NCBI GenBank assembly: GCA_043228905.1
Contig: JBHGNT010000020.1
Location: 9,362,001 to 9,426,000, forward strand
Source of the DNA: Azolla caroliniana
Lineage: Eukaryota; Plantae; Polypodiophyta
Direction: 5' to 3'
Length of the DNA stretch: 64,000 nucleotides
How positions within the stretch are numbered: the first letter of the stretch is position 1; each line of letters starts with the position of its first letter. The notes below the pieces were generated by a model. It saw only the letters and a program-made list of their open reading frames with translations, ran no database searches and was not told where the DNA came from. This document shows, piece by piece, positions 13,787 through 26,960 of the stretch. Made by a program: the position numbers and the translations under genes.

Positions 13787-16700
13787 TCACTCCGGCATGG
13801 GATGTCTCGATAGCCGGATCCGCTTTCGGCACGCGTCCAACTTGTCGGTTGTTAGCACCTTGGTCATCATGTCTGACCCGTTCTCCTCCTTGTGGATCTT
13901 GATCAGTACAAACTCTTGATCTTCTACTCTCTCCTGAATCCAGTGGTACTTCCGCTGGATATGTTTCTTCCGGGAATGGTAGACTGCGTTCTTTGCAAGG
14001 TGGATGGCACTTTGACTATCGCAATAGAGCCGATATTCCTCCTATTGGATCCCTAACTCTCCGATGAAGTCCTTCATCCAGATTATCTCCTTGCCGCCTT
14101 CCACAACTGCCATGTACTCTGCTTCTGTTGTCGACAGTGCAACGGTCTTCTACAGCCTCGACTACCATGATACAGCTCCCCATGCATAGGTCATGACATA
14201 TCCGGATGTCGATTGGTTGGTATCCGCATCAGCCGACATATCCAAATCTGTGAATCCATCAAGTTGGGGATTACCAGAGCCGAACCGGAGGCACATACTT
14301 GAGGTGTCTTTCAGATACCAGAGTATCCACTTGACTGCGTTCCAATGCTCTCTTCCAGGATTGCTCATGAACCGGCTTACAACTCCGACTGCATATCTTA
14401 TATCCGGTCGGTACATACCATCGCGTACATCAAGCTTCCAATGGCAGAGGCATATGGAATCTTCATCATATCCTTCTTCTCCGCCTTTGTCCTCGAACTT
14501 TGTTTTCCTGATAGCTTGCAGTTTGCCGGAAGTGTCAATCCGACCGGTTTCGCCTCTGACATGTTGAACCGTTGAAGCACCTTTGTCATGTATTTGTCCT
14601 ATGACAACCACAATAGCTTCTTCGACCGGTCCCAGATGATGTGCATTCCCAATATCTGTCTTGCCGAACCCAAGTCCTTCATTGAGAAGGTCCGGTTTAG
14701 AGCCTTCTTCAGCATCCGGATCTTGCTTTGGTCTCGTCTGACGATCAACATATCATCCACATATAGGAGGAGTATCAGGAAATCTCCTCTGTCAAATTTC
14801 TTCACAAACACGAAGTGATCGGCTTGCGTCTTGTGGTACCCTTGATCGGTCATGAAGGAGTCGAACTTCTGGTACCATTGCCGGGGAGCTTGCTTCAGTC
14901 CGTATAAGCTCTTCTTCTGCCGGCACACAAGGTGCTCCGTCCCTTTCTTCTCAAATCGTTTTGGTTGATGCATGTAGATCTCCTCTTCGAGGTCACCATG
15001 GAGGAACGTCGTCTTTACGTCTAGTTGCTCTACCTTGAGGTCCATGCTTGCCACTATGCTTAGCACCATCCAGATGGATATCATCTTTACTATCGGGGCA
15101 AAGATCTCATCAAAGTCCACTCCTTTCTTCTGTTGGAAAACCTTCACCATGATCCGGGCTTTGTACCTTGGTGGATTTCCGGCATCTCCCAGTTTCAGCT
15201 TGTACACCCACTTGTTCCGGAGTGCTCTCTTCCCTTTCGGCAACTCCGTCAATTCGTATGTGTGGTTCTCATGCAAGGAATCCATCTCATCTTGCATGGC
15301 ACTCAAGCACTTGCGACTGTGGGTGTCTCTCTTTGCTTCTTCGAAGCTTTCCAACTCCCCCTCATCGGTTAGCAACACATGCTCTACATCCAGAAATCTC
15401 TGGGGGGCTTTTCTCTCCTGAAGAGGATATCTTTGTCCCTAGTTTTGGACTACCGGTTCCTCCGTCTATTCCGAATTCGAATATGATTCGGGATCTTGTC
15501 AGGTTCTTGTGTCTTCTTCTTCTTCTTCTTCTTCTTCTTCGGTCGGTTCGGTTTCTTGTCCGAATCCGGTCGGTTCATCGAGTGTCATCCAATTTTCAAC
15601 CGGGTAGGTCCTTGTGTCCTCATGCCGGTTTTCATTGGATGATCCGGAGTTGATCATCTTCTTCTCCGACTCCCAGTCCGCAATGGTCCTATCTTCCATG
15701 AAGACTATGTCCCGACTCCGGAACACCTTTTGTCGACCAGTCCCACACCCGGTAACCGAACTCATCGTCGTCGTATCCGAGGAATATGCATGGCCAAGAC
15801 TTCGGATCCAACTTTGCTCTCTTATCCTTCACCACATGCACGTATGCGAGACACCCGAACACCTTCAGATGCCGATAAGTTACATCTTTACCGGTCCATA
15901 CTTTCTGAGGTGAGTCTCCTCCCAAGGGTACTGAGAGTGATCTGTTTATCACATAGGGCGCCATCGTCAACGCCTCAGCCCAGAACGTCTTGGGTAACTT
16001 GGCATGTGCAAGCATGCTCCGGACTCTCTCCATTATGGTCCGGTTCATCCTTTCGGCTAGCCCATTTAGTTCCGGCGTCTTCGACACAGTAAATTTGTGT
16101 CGAATTACCTTCGACCGGTAGTACTCCTCGAACTGCCCCCGGTATTCTCCTCCGTTATCTGCTCGAACCGCCTTCAGCTTCCGACCGGTTTCTCTTTCCA
16201 CTCTCGCGTGGAGCTCCTTCTTGCGCTAATTTGCTGCTTTTTTTAAGCATCAATTCTTTCCCCGCTGTAAACATTTATTGCTCAGAAGGTGGATTTTTAG
16301 CTTGGATTAAAACCATACCGCCGCTATTAACACACGGTTGAGCTTCATCTTCTCGCTAACGCACGGTTGGTGGGGGTTTAGCCCTCCGCATAAAAAAGAT
16401 GTGTTGCCGTACGTTGTTTCTTTGATTGCTTTGCTAAGCTCTCATTGTTTAGCTCTTTCTTCGTTTGCCACCTTAAAGCAGTGGATGGGTTGTTTTTCAA
16501 CCTTATGCAAAACTTTGTTTGTTTTATTTGGCGGCCTGCTTCAACTTTTAAGGTCTCTTCATTATGCCCTTCTTTCGTAGCAGCTTGTGCTACACGTTCT
16601 TGTACCTAAAAAGAAAAGAGTGATCGCCTGCCGCTTCAGAAAAATACAAATAAAGAGCGGTAGCAATGAACTGGAATTTGCAGAGGTTTGAGAAACAACG

Positions 16701-18454
16701 TACGGATGCATCAACTTTAAACGAGCAAGGTTGAAACAACCTTAAAGCAGCTTGCTTGCTTGCTTGTTGTCCCATAGCAAAGTCACAATTGCTTGCTTGC
16801 TTGCATGTAATTTAGATTTATTTTGCCCGTAATGTTTAAATTAACCTTGATCCTTCGTCTTCAGTGGTGCGACCCACAGCTTCCGGATGTGGTCATCTAT
16901 GAACGTCACGAAGTACTGCGATCCGGCATGCGACTTCGTGTCCACTTGACACACATCGGTATGCACCAGCTCCAGTGGTGCATTCCATCTCGTCGGTGTT
17001 CTTGACTGGAAGGAGGTTCGGTTTTGTTGACCGGTCAAGCAATCGGTGCACTTCTCAAGTTGCACGTCCTTCACCGGAATAAGATTGTCTTCAGCAAGCC
17101 TCTTCATCCCCTTCTCACTCATGTGACACAATCTCTTGTGCCATAACTCACCGGTAGTGTCGGATGCTATATTCACTTCTTCCCGGCATATCCGGGCATG
17201 CATCAGATATTGCGTGTTGACCTTCCAAGCTCGGCCACTATTAGGCTCCCTTTGCTGAACTTCATAAATCCATTCTGGATGCTATCCATGTAGCCTTCAT
17301 CATCTAGCCGACCGGTTGATATCAAGTTCACTCAAACCTCCAGAGCATGGTGGATATCCTTCAGCAGCAACTTGCATCCGGTTGGTGTCGTCAAGAACAC
17401 ATCTCCTTTGCCAACAATTTGGCATGTACCTTCATTCCCCATCTGGACACAACCATGATCACCGGTTGTGTAGGATGAGAAGCATTTCCGATCCGGTGTC
17501 AGGTGGAATGAAGCTCCGGAATCGACAACCCACGTTGTCTCGTCGTCGACAAGGTTTAACTCATTCTCCTCGGTGATGAGCATCAGTTCCTCTTCACTTG
17601 TCGCGATTCCCGACGTTCCTTTCCGATCCGGGCCTCTTCGGTCCGAACCGTTTCGGTCCAAACTCTTCTTCGAATCGGTGGTGTTGGTTTCTTTCTCTTT
17701 TCAGAAATGCCGACAGTTCTTCTGGAAATGCCCTGGCTTCTCACAGTAGAAGGAAGTAGGCCTCCCCCTTGACTTCGACCTCGGCCTCGAATTGTCCCGG
17801 TTTTGGGGACTCCGATATCGGCCTCTTCCTCGGTTGTGGTCATCTTCCATGACCAAGGCCTTCGGATCGGTTCCGGACTCCTAGTCCTTCCGGCGAGCTT
17901 CTTCATCTAGCAAGCTTGACTTTACCCTTGCTAGGGACAATTGTTTTCCTTCCGGCCCGGTGTTGCCCAATGTGACAACTAACGTCTCCCAGCTATCCGG
18001 GAGGGAATCGAGCAGGAGTAATGCGAGTACCTCATCGACGAGAGGTATTTCCAACGAGGTTGCTTGGTGTATTAGCCCCTAGAAACCATTCATGTGCTCC
18101 GCCATACTAGAGACGTCCTGGTACCGGAGCCTCACTAGCTTCCGAGAATATTGAAACCCGATTAACGACATTCTTGTTCTCGAACATGATGTCGATCTTC
18201 TCCCAGAATTCATGAGCCTTGCTCTCTTCATTGAAGTTGTTGTATAGGCTCATGTCGATGAAGCACCGGATGTATGATGTCGTCTTCATATGCATCACCT
18301 CGCACACTATGGCGTCGATCTTATCCGGTCTCTTGTCCCCGAACTGAACCGGCAACCAAAGATCTTTAACCACTAGCATATCCCTCATCTTCGACTTCCA
18401 CACTAAGTAGTTGGAGCCGGTGAGCTTGAACATGTTGCCAAACGATTTTTCCAT
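13787..18454 (-). pseudogene. copia gag-pol polyprotein, fragmented
   Basis: ORF pieces 18107, 17332, 16841, 15689, 14599 and 14162 carry copia motifs; many stops and frameshifts; 624-bp insert at 16220-16843. Confidence 0.9.
16220..16843. other. Non-retroelement filler insertion in copia integrase (candidate organellar DNA)
   Basis: Absent from the homologous position of copia A2 (~29340); about 13 bp of host deleted; no TSD or LTR ends. Confidence 0.6.
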
Positions 18455-19189
18455 TTCCTGTGTTGTTCGCTTTGATACCAGATTGTAGAAAAATAGCGCG
18501 GAATATTGCTCGGCCTCTACTGAGTCTTGAATCACTTCAATGAGAATGAAACATAGAAATGGGAAGTGGAGAGTGAACGCACGTACACACACACAACGAT
18601 AGAGAGTACACGGGATATTTACATGGAAAAACCCTAAGTGGGAAAAACCATGGGAGCCCGCGAACTCCAACTATCACTATGAAGAAAAGGGTACAATTAG
18701 AAACTCAGAGGCAATGACCTCGAGCTCTGTTTCTTCGGCAACCAGCGGTTACAACAGAGTATCTCTCTGTATCTCACACTCTCTCCCTCTATAGCTCTCT
18801 GCACAACAATATGACAACTTACAACGAATATAAGTGATTTCCCTAAGTCATATTTATACTTATATGAACTTAGGGCTATTTACAAATAAAGCCTCAATAG
18901 GCTTACTCAAAACATATTTACAAATATGTCTTCTCTTCCAATTCTCATCGGGTCCATCCGATTCGATTACTAGATCTCTTCCGGTTCTCACCGGGTCCTC
19001 TTCATGCTTAACTGGATCCCATCCGGAGGGACCGATTTCCCAACATCTTTTTGTCCCTACACATACACACGCACACACATATATGCATACAGACATACAT
19101 ATCCACATATATATGTATATGCATATATATTTGTCAATAGGTATATATTAATATAGTTATAACTAATTATAACTTTTTGCTTGAATTTT

Positions 19190-20314
19190 AACCCAGGTCG
19201 TTTCGGCATTCAGTCAAATCGACACCTAGCCGAATTGGTGCTCAATCCGAATCGGTATGCAACCAATTCAGCACCCACCCGAATCGATGCTCAGCCTGAA
19301 TTGACACCCAACCAATTCGGCGCTCAACCAGTAGTCGGCTCTCAGCTGACTCTCGACTCTCTGTCACCTCTTCACCCTCAGTAGACTCTCAGTTGGCTCT
19401 TTAGCCTCAGCCGACTCTCAATCAGTCGACCCTCAACCAATGATTCTCGGCTCTCAGCCGTGTGCACATTGTGGGCTCCACTTGAGTGGATAGACCCAAC
19501 AATTCTCCCCCTCCATCGTAAGTGGGGGGCACAACTAGGTTTGCCTAGGGTTGGAGTTGGATATTTGGTGACCAAAAACCAGGGGTGAAATTTGGCAAGG
19601 TCCACACCTCATTTGCTAGAGGTATATCTAAAGAGACAATTTGACTTATCAGTCCTTGAAACCTGTTTAGATGCTCTGCCATACTAGAGCCATCTTGATA
19701 TCGAAGTCTTACAAGTTTCCTAAACACGGAGACTATATTTAAGGCAGTTTTGGTCTAAAACATACTCTCAATTTTTCTCCATAACTCATTTGCTTTGGTT
19801 TCATCTATGAAGTTGTTATATAGACTCATGTCTATAAAACATCATATGTATGTAGATGTCTTTCGATGCTTGGCATCCCAAGTTAATGCATCTATGTTCT
19901 CGGGTTTGCTCGTACCATGTAGTATGGGCAACCACAAATCCTTGCATACTGGCATGTCCTTCATTTTGAACTTCCATATGGGATAGTTGGATCCGGTCAG
20001 CTTAATCGTCCCGCCTAATGATTCATCCATATTCCAAGTTTTGCGGAGGGTATGAACCTTGACTGAAATTGCATGATTTAGATTCCAACACAATTAACAA
20101 TAGATGAAACCAAAAGACAGAAAATGAGAGTACACCAAAATTTTAACATGGAAAACCCAAATTAGGGAAAAACCGCGGGAACCGTAGGTTCCAAACAACT
20201 TTACTATGATCTGAGTACAACCAAATACAATCTCTCTAGATTTTCACTAGAGGAATGTATCTACCTCAAGGTGATGGCCTTGGTTACAACCTTCACCCAA
20301 TCGGGTGGATAGAA
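19190..20314 (-). mobile_element. Internally deleted copia (LTR part, PPT, 5' gag, LTR part)
   Basis: LTR end CAACA at 19501 with PPT 19502-19515; gag N-terminus (KLTGSNYPIWK) 19600-20030 joined almost directly to the PPT. Confidence 0.7.
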
Positions 20315-21993
20315 TGTTGAGATACAAGCTCAAGCTGATCCAAATCGGCTGAATAAGCCAGACCCGAATCAGTATCCGGAATGAAGAACTTGATCGGTGT
20401 CTGTATCTGTGTGTAACCGGTAGGCCGTTAGAGGCCTACAGTTCTAGCCTAGTACATAGGCATATTTTTGGAAGTTAGTGTTTATCACTCAGTACGAGCA
20501 TTGAAGTACTTGTTAGTACTTCTGTCAGTCTTTTTAAGGACTTGTATAAAAAGTGCTATGATGCACATTTGTATGTATAGAGTTTTACAGAGCTTCTTGA
20601 AATAGAGATTCATTGTCTTGCTCTCTCTATCTCTATGTCTCTCACCTTCTCTGTGTATTCCATTCTTTATGGTTTCTGTTGCTATCGGCTGAACTGATTG
20701 AAATCTATTTAGCTTCTATATATTTATCTTTACATGGTATCAGAGCGCGAGGGTTGAACGTCTTTGCTGCCGACAAGAGCTTTCAACATAAAACAAGACC
20801 TAACACCCGGTAAGAACAGACAAGAAGAGAAATGGACAGAGGTATGGGAAATTCGCTTCGACGGAGAAGCTCAACAGAAAAAACTACGCATCCTGGTCGT
20901 ACAAGATGCGCCAGTACTTGCTCGGACACGGGTACTAGAGTTATGTTGAAGGAGGAAATGATGCAACACCGGATTCGACACACATGGATTTTTCGGCCTG
21001 GGAACAAGCAACAAGCAGAGTTCTCTACTGCTTCGCATCTAGTGTCGGTGATCAACTACTGAGTTACATCCGAGACGCCAAAATCCAAAGGAGGCTTAGG
21101 GAAATCTGAAGAAGATATTCGTCACAAGCACCACAGCTAGAAAGCTACATCTCAGACATGAGTTGAGCAACGTCCAGCAAAGAGACATGTTGGTGATTAC
21201 ACCTCCCGAATCAAAGACATTTGCAACTCACTCGCCTTCATCAATGTGACCAGCGACGAGGACGAAATGGTGCAGGTCTGTCTTGATGGGTTGGCATCTA
21301 AGTTCGAACCATTCCAGACGGCGATCTGCACAAGAGAGAGTACGTCGGATTCGACACACTGGGATGTTTCGACCTGGGAACAAGTAGCAAGTAGAGTTCT
21401 CTACTACTTCGCATCTAGTGTCGGTGATTAGCTACTGAGTTACATCCAGGATGCCAAAACACCAAAGGAGGCTTGGGGAAATCTGAAGAAGATATTTGCT
21501 GCAAGCACCACAGGCAGAAAGCTACAACTCAGACATGAGCTGAGCAACGTCCAACAAAGAGCCATGTTGGTGGCTGATTAGACCTTCCAAATCAAAGCCA
21601 TCTGCCACTTTCTCGTCTCCAGCAACGTGACTGTTAAGGAGGACAAATTGGTGCAGATCTCTCTCGATGGATTGGCATCTAAGTTCAGACCATTCTAGAC
21701 GGTGATCTGCACAAGAGAGAGTACGTCGTCATTCTTCAAGTTGCAATCGATGCTTCTCGTTGAAGAGAACCACACAGATGCGTCAACAAGCATGCACACC
21801 GACAATAAAATGTTGTACAGGGAGGAGGATAGAGCCCATGGTCATGGTGGATGAGGCGGGTTGGCACGCAATGGAGGCGTCCAACAACTGCAAAACCGAA
21901 GGAATAATCATCATGCCGACAACAATTCTGGATCCTCTGGGAGTACTGGGAGTCAAGGCGGTGCCAGAAACTGGCAAGCAAAGGCCGACACGG
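20315..21993 (+). mobile_element. Copia family B 5' fragment (LTR 20315-20734, PBS, gag with ~376-bp internal duplication)
   Basis: TG..CA LTR; TGGTATCAGAGC at 20735; gag MDRGMG.. homologous to 38415 and 51376. Confidence 0.85.
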
Positions 21994-22055
21994 TGTCGTG
22001 GGGAATTCTGGCTATCAGGGGAAAGGGGCTGGATGTGCGTGAACGGGAGGTGCAT

Positions 22056-22868
22056 TGATGCACCCGTAATATGTCTTTTGTACAATCATGTGTAAATAAG
22101 TTAGTATTAGTTAAGTGTTGAGGAATACTAGGTAGGAGTGATTCGATAGGTACTTTAAGGCTACACGAATAGAGAATAAGAATAATATCTGATGGAGGAA
22201 ATTGAGGGAAATCTCTGCCCGAAAGTGGATGGCTTTATGGGTGATGTAACAGCCTCCCCTTTCTCTATAAAAGGGAGGTTTGAAACTGTTTGGGGATCCA
22301 CATTTTGGGAGGACGAAGTGTTGTTGGACCGAGCTCTACAGACTTTGGCCTTCCCGATCTCTATTTCTATCGTCGTGCTATGAGACCTCTGTTTCGCGCA
22401 GGTAGCCCATGTGCACCCGATCGGAGGCTTGCTATCGTGTGTGTCTGTGTGTCTGTATACAAGGAGCGCGAAGCTCTGTTTATCGGCCGCGTCCGGTTGT
22501 ACTCTTTCTGGTTCTCTATTAATCATTAGAGTTTTGCTGAGTTTCTTCTGTGTTGGGCATTTCCGCATTGACCCTACTTGTTGCGCGTTGTTGTGCCCCG
22601 TGCTTGTGCACTCATTCCCGTTCTATTTTGTTGTGTGCGCGTCCAAATCTGCAAGCCCGAGAGCTCACCGTTGTTGTCCGGCATCCTAACCGGAATGGTA
22701 CATTTCTTCAGTCCCACGCGCTTTCTAGCTGGGATCCGGAATCTTTTCGGGTAGGATAAACGTCTAGAAACCGATCCGGTGGAGTTATCCGAACATCGAT
22801 CGAATCCACCCTTCTCCTTTTTTCCGACTCCTTGGTACGAGACCCTGGTGGTCCCGTCCCTATTTCTA
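22056..22868 (+). repeat. Probable solo LTR nested in another LTR-like sequence that starts at 21994
   Basis: Starts with TG; TATA at 22265; flanked by a TGCAT direct repeat (22051-22055, 22869-22873); 3' end is TA, not CA. Confidence 0.45.
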
Positions 22869-23449
22869 TGCATCCGCGCAGAATACCGCGCCATCTTAGG
22901 CAAACCCAACGTGAATGGGGCGGTAGAGAAATCTGAAAATGAGGGGAAGCGAACTCACCGAAGCGATGGCGGTGGCCGTCGACCGCCTGGTTAACTCTTG
23001 TGAGAGCACTAGTGGCCTCGATAGGTCTGTGGAAACGGTAAACATGTTCGCGTTCAAAAGTGGAAGGATGCACACAATTGGAAGGATAGGGAATATTCCG
23101 TTAGATTTCAAGGTTTTTTTAACCATTCACAAAAAATGTGATACCTATATCACATGTGCTCAAAGACTCAAATGAAAAGCATAAAATATCACCATGTCAT
23201 AAAATTGAAAATTCACAAAATTAGACAAATGGAAGAATTTTACAACATGTTTTTTATCGTAAAAATAACAACTCGTGTTGTTTATAACAAACAATATTCA
23301 CAATGAGCGATTGATTTAAAAACAATTAAGCTTTATATCATTTGAGTTCTTATAAGCTTATATTTTTAACTATTCATGCCAAAAAATACAATCGAGAGTT
23401 ATTCCTCCCATAAGAATCACTACTATAGAGCCTATGATACAATGGTGAT

Positions 23450-25890
23450 TCATCCTCCTCATCATTAGATGTACCAATCAAAGCATTGTCTTCATCTAAA
23501 AGCAAATGTTGTGACTCCAAATCATGCGTGGAAGATCTGGTCTACCTTCGATCTAAGAAGCCTTGTATACTTGGCAATTTCTCTTTTATTATGTTATTGT
23601 TGACTTCCTTAAACGTCTAGCTTTTGTTAGTGTAAAGTCGTACACAATGATATCCACATCTTGCATGTCAAGGGTCGATGTGTTACGTATATTTCTTTTC
23701 CTCTTGACATTGGGCATTCCATCATCTCCAATGTATACTTTCCTGTGAATGCATTCTTGCTTTTAGTGTTGTACCAATGCACCTTTGTAGACTTTATCTG
23801 ATTTTGGTTTTCATGCATCACCATGTCCAATACTTTACCAATCCATAATTGGTGCCCCATGTCATTGTCATCGGCAGGTGTGGCAATTAACATGCCAACT
23901 TGTATTTCATGCGTGTTTCCTTGCCAACGGGCTTCTGCTGCTTTTGTCATCCTCGATCCCACATAGATGTCTCTCTGTTGTGGATGGAGAAAGTTTTCAA
24001 GATCCACATTAGTTGCACGAGGTGAAGTTTGAGAATTAGGCGTGTGTTGTACGGACCACGTAAATGGTATTTGCAAGGGCCAAATACCAATGAAGGAATT
24101 ATCAATAATTCCTTGTTGATCACTAAAGAACATGTCCCACCATGAGGTATCTTGTGGTCCAACATACTTCTTTGCATTATCAATGTGCTTCCTTTTGTCC
24201 TGTAAGGCTTGCATCCAAAAGTTCCTTTGTTCATCTACCAAGTCACTGTGCATTTCCTTTTTAGTCTCAATTGGCATTTGTTTTGCACCATGAACAGTAG
24301 TTACAGATGGCATATGAAGCAAGAACTGGCAACCGTCTTCTGGCTCCCACTGTGGGGAGAATGAATATTTCTTTGCATGCAACAATGTACAACCACTTAT
24401 ATCATTTTCACTTATCAAGAACACGTGATTGAAGCTAATATTGTTTAATTGGGCTAACACTTTCACATTCTCTTCCCCACCATTTGTTATGTATCTCTTA
24501 AAGTGGAGCACATTCAGACGTGGTGTATATGCATCACAAATGATATCAAATAACTTCGGTAATGTGAAAACATCATATCGAGACAACAATCTAGAGAATG
24601 TATTGAACATCTGATCAATATGGTCATGTGTGTGACCAACCAGAAGGAAGTTAACTTTAACTTTCCTAAACACTCTGTGTTCCACCAACATGCTCAAATA
24701 TACGAAGACAGTTGAATTCTTGTTCTCCCTAGCGGTGTTGTCCAATTGAATGTAGAGAATAGGGGGCAATGGGTGCCCCCAATTCATCAGAACACTTTGA
24801 ATCACAGTAACTGTTAGGTTGGGATCGTTGTGGACATTTGGGTAAGTAATGAAGACATGAGGTTTAACTATCCCATTATAAGCCAAACAACCCACCAAGT
24901 GCATTTGAACGAGACATTCGTTGTTGACGTCTTTCGGAACCTCCTAAGGTTAGGTATGACAACGTTAGTGAATTGTGTTGACCACAATCTTGTGAACTGA
25001 CTGTAGGTGACATATTTATCACTTGACGTTAACATATCCGATTTGTAAGCATCATATACTTCTCGTCGTGTGTAATTATCTGAAAGATGCAACCTGCCGG
25101 TAGTTGGCATTACTTCACAATTAAGGTTGAAGTAGTTTTTCATCCAACGGATTGCATTTCTTCCGGATGCATCCTTCATACTTGGAACTTCGTCGCCATC
25201 GACATTGAGATCAACATTGAGAACTCGTTGTTGCACTCTATATAATCTCATGTTGCTAACACATAACAAAATTTTGAATGCCACTCTACAACATTGTAGT
25301 CCATAGAAGATATAATACTCAAATGAGATCTTAATGTTTGACAATATGTCCTTTACCATCTGCATCTTCGTTGCAAGATAAGTGTCTTGCTCATCACCAG
25401 TGAGTGAGAAATAGTATCACCTTAATGACCATAACTTATCCTTTCCAATAGTAGACATGCACCCATGTGCACAACAATCTTTGTCGATATGTACTCTGAG
25501 TTGGTTCTCAGATGTCACAAGGGCAAACCTATCTCGGTTGTTTCGATGTGGAACCCTCGTAAAATGCATAGGGCTTGCCGATTGGACTTCTTCTACACAT
25601 ACATTTGTTGGCTCATTTTGTTCGTTTACTTCGGAATGTGAAACAGCAGCAACACTTATGGCAGCTTGATTGTCATTCTCTTCATAGGTTAGATCCTCAT
25701 TGTAGTTGTACTCATCAATCGAGAACTCATGACTTAGGGCGATAGTTGATGGTGACTGAGTATTTGGTGACCACCCGCAATATTCTTCGACAGAAAAAGG
25801 TGATCCTATCGAAATAGGATATTCATCCACTGAAAATGGTGAGTTTTGGCTCATTCTCTCAAACTCCGAAGATCCTGTCAAACAATTCAC
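23450..25890 (-). pseudogene. Sola-like (Sola1-related) DDD transposase, decayed, with a C-terminal Tudor/SH3-like region
   Basis: Motifs LYIQLDNTARENKN and FLLVGHTHDHIDQMF in ORF 23627-24904; upstream pieces 24868-25365 and 25417-25890; frameshifts; apparent deletion near 24945. Confidence 0.7.
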
Positions 25891-26445
25891 TATTGTTCAA
25901 ATGAGGTGCTCTTGTACAATATAAGAGAGCATATAACAAATGACCGAAGCTAAACACACACCTATAAATATAGAAATATAATTTAAAAAAAACACATTAT
26001 ATATATAATCATATATATATAAATATTTATATTGTAACTATACATAACTAACAACTATGTAACTAACTAACTATATAACTATATGAGGTCAAGTTTTAAC
26101 TAACTGAGGTTAAGTTATAACTAACCTCACCTAATTTTTTGTGCCCTATATATGGCCATGCCTTTTATTTTTTCCCCACAGAGCGTGAGAGAAAACACGA
26201 GAGCGTCGAGACCACAAGCGTGTCAGACCAATGAGCGAGAGAGGAGAGCATACAACCCACAAGTGTGAAAATCCACGAGCGAGAGAGAAGAGCATCACCG
26301 CTGCAGTGACCACGCAGAAGACAACACCACCACTGCAACGACCATGCCCTCGAAGAAGATGTCCCGATCGGATTCCAGGTACGAAACCCTAATCTGTACG
26401 AACACCTTCTCATTCATATCGTTCTCCCTGTATGGCAATGTGAGC

Positions 26446-26960
26446 AACTCGATACTTGGTATTATCGAGTTGGGGTCTAAAGAGGGAGCAACTCGATACT
26501 TGGTATCGAGTTTCTCCCCCTTTAGACCCAAACTCGATACTTAGTATCGAGTTGCTCTACCTTTAGGCCCAAACTCAATACCAAGTATCGAGTTGATCTA
26601 CCTTTAGACCCAAACTCGATACTTGGTATCAAGTTGCTCTACCTTTAGGCCCAAACTTGATACCAAGTATTGAGTTGCTCTATTTGGCCCCAACTCGATA
26701 CTTGGTATCGAGTTGCTACCCCTATGTATACAAACTCGATACCAAGTATCGAGTTCAAGCCCATATCTGGAACAACTCGATAACAAGTATCGAGTTTGTA
26801 TACATATGGGCCCGAACTTGATACCAAGTATCGAGTTTGTATACATAGGGGCCTGAACTCGATATGTAGTATCGAGTTTGTATGCATAGGGGTAGCAACT
26901 CGATACCAAGTATCGAGTTTGTATACATAGGGGTAGCAACTCGATACTTGGTATTGAGTT
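26446..26960. repeat. 13-unit array of the 23-bp palindrome AACTCGATAC-nnn-GTATCGAGTT with 18-bp spacers (41-bp period)
   Basis: Units start at 26446, 26490, 26531, 26572, 26613, 26654, 26692, 26733, 26774, 26815, 26856, 26897 and 26938. Confidence 0.95.

Larger units (their letters stand above)
9370..19045 (-). mobile_element. Full-length Ty1/copia (Tnt1/Tork-like) element A1 carrying internal insertions
   Basis: LTRs 18484-19045 and 9370-9977; TSD TCTTT on both sides; tRNA-iMet PBS 18468-18480; PPT 9978-9994; gag, PR (WVVDSGASFH), IN, RT (YVDD), RH order. Confidence 0.95.

Noticed and set aside
26446-26960. CRISPR array
   Set aside because: Eukaryotic context, no cas genes, and the spacers are only 18 bp, reused and inverted rather than unique; kept as a different kind of array
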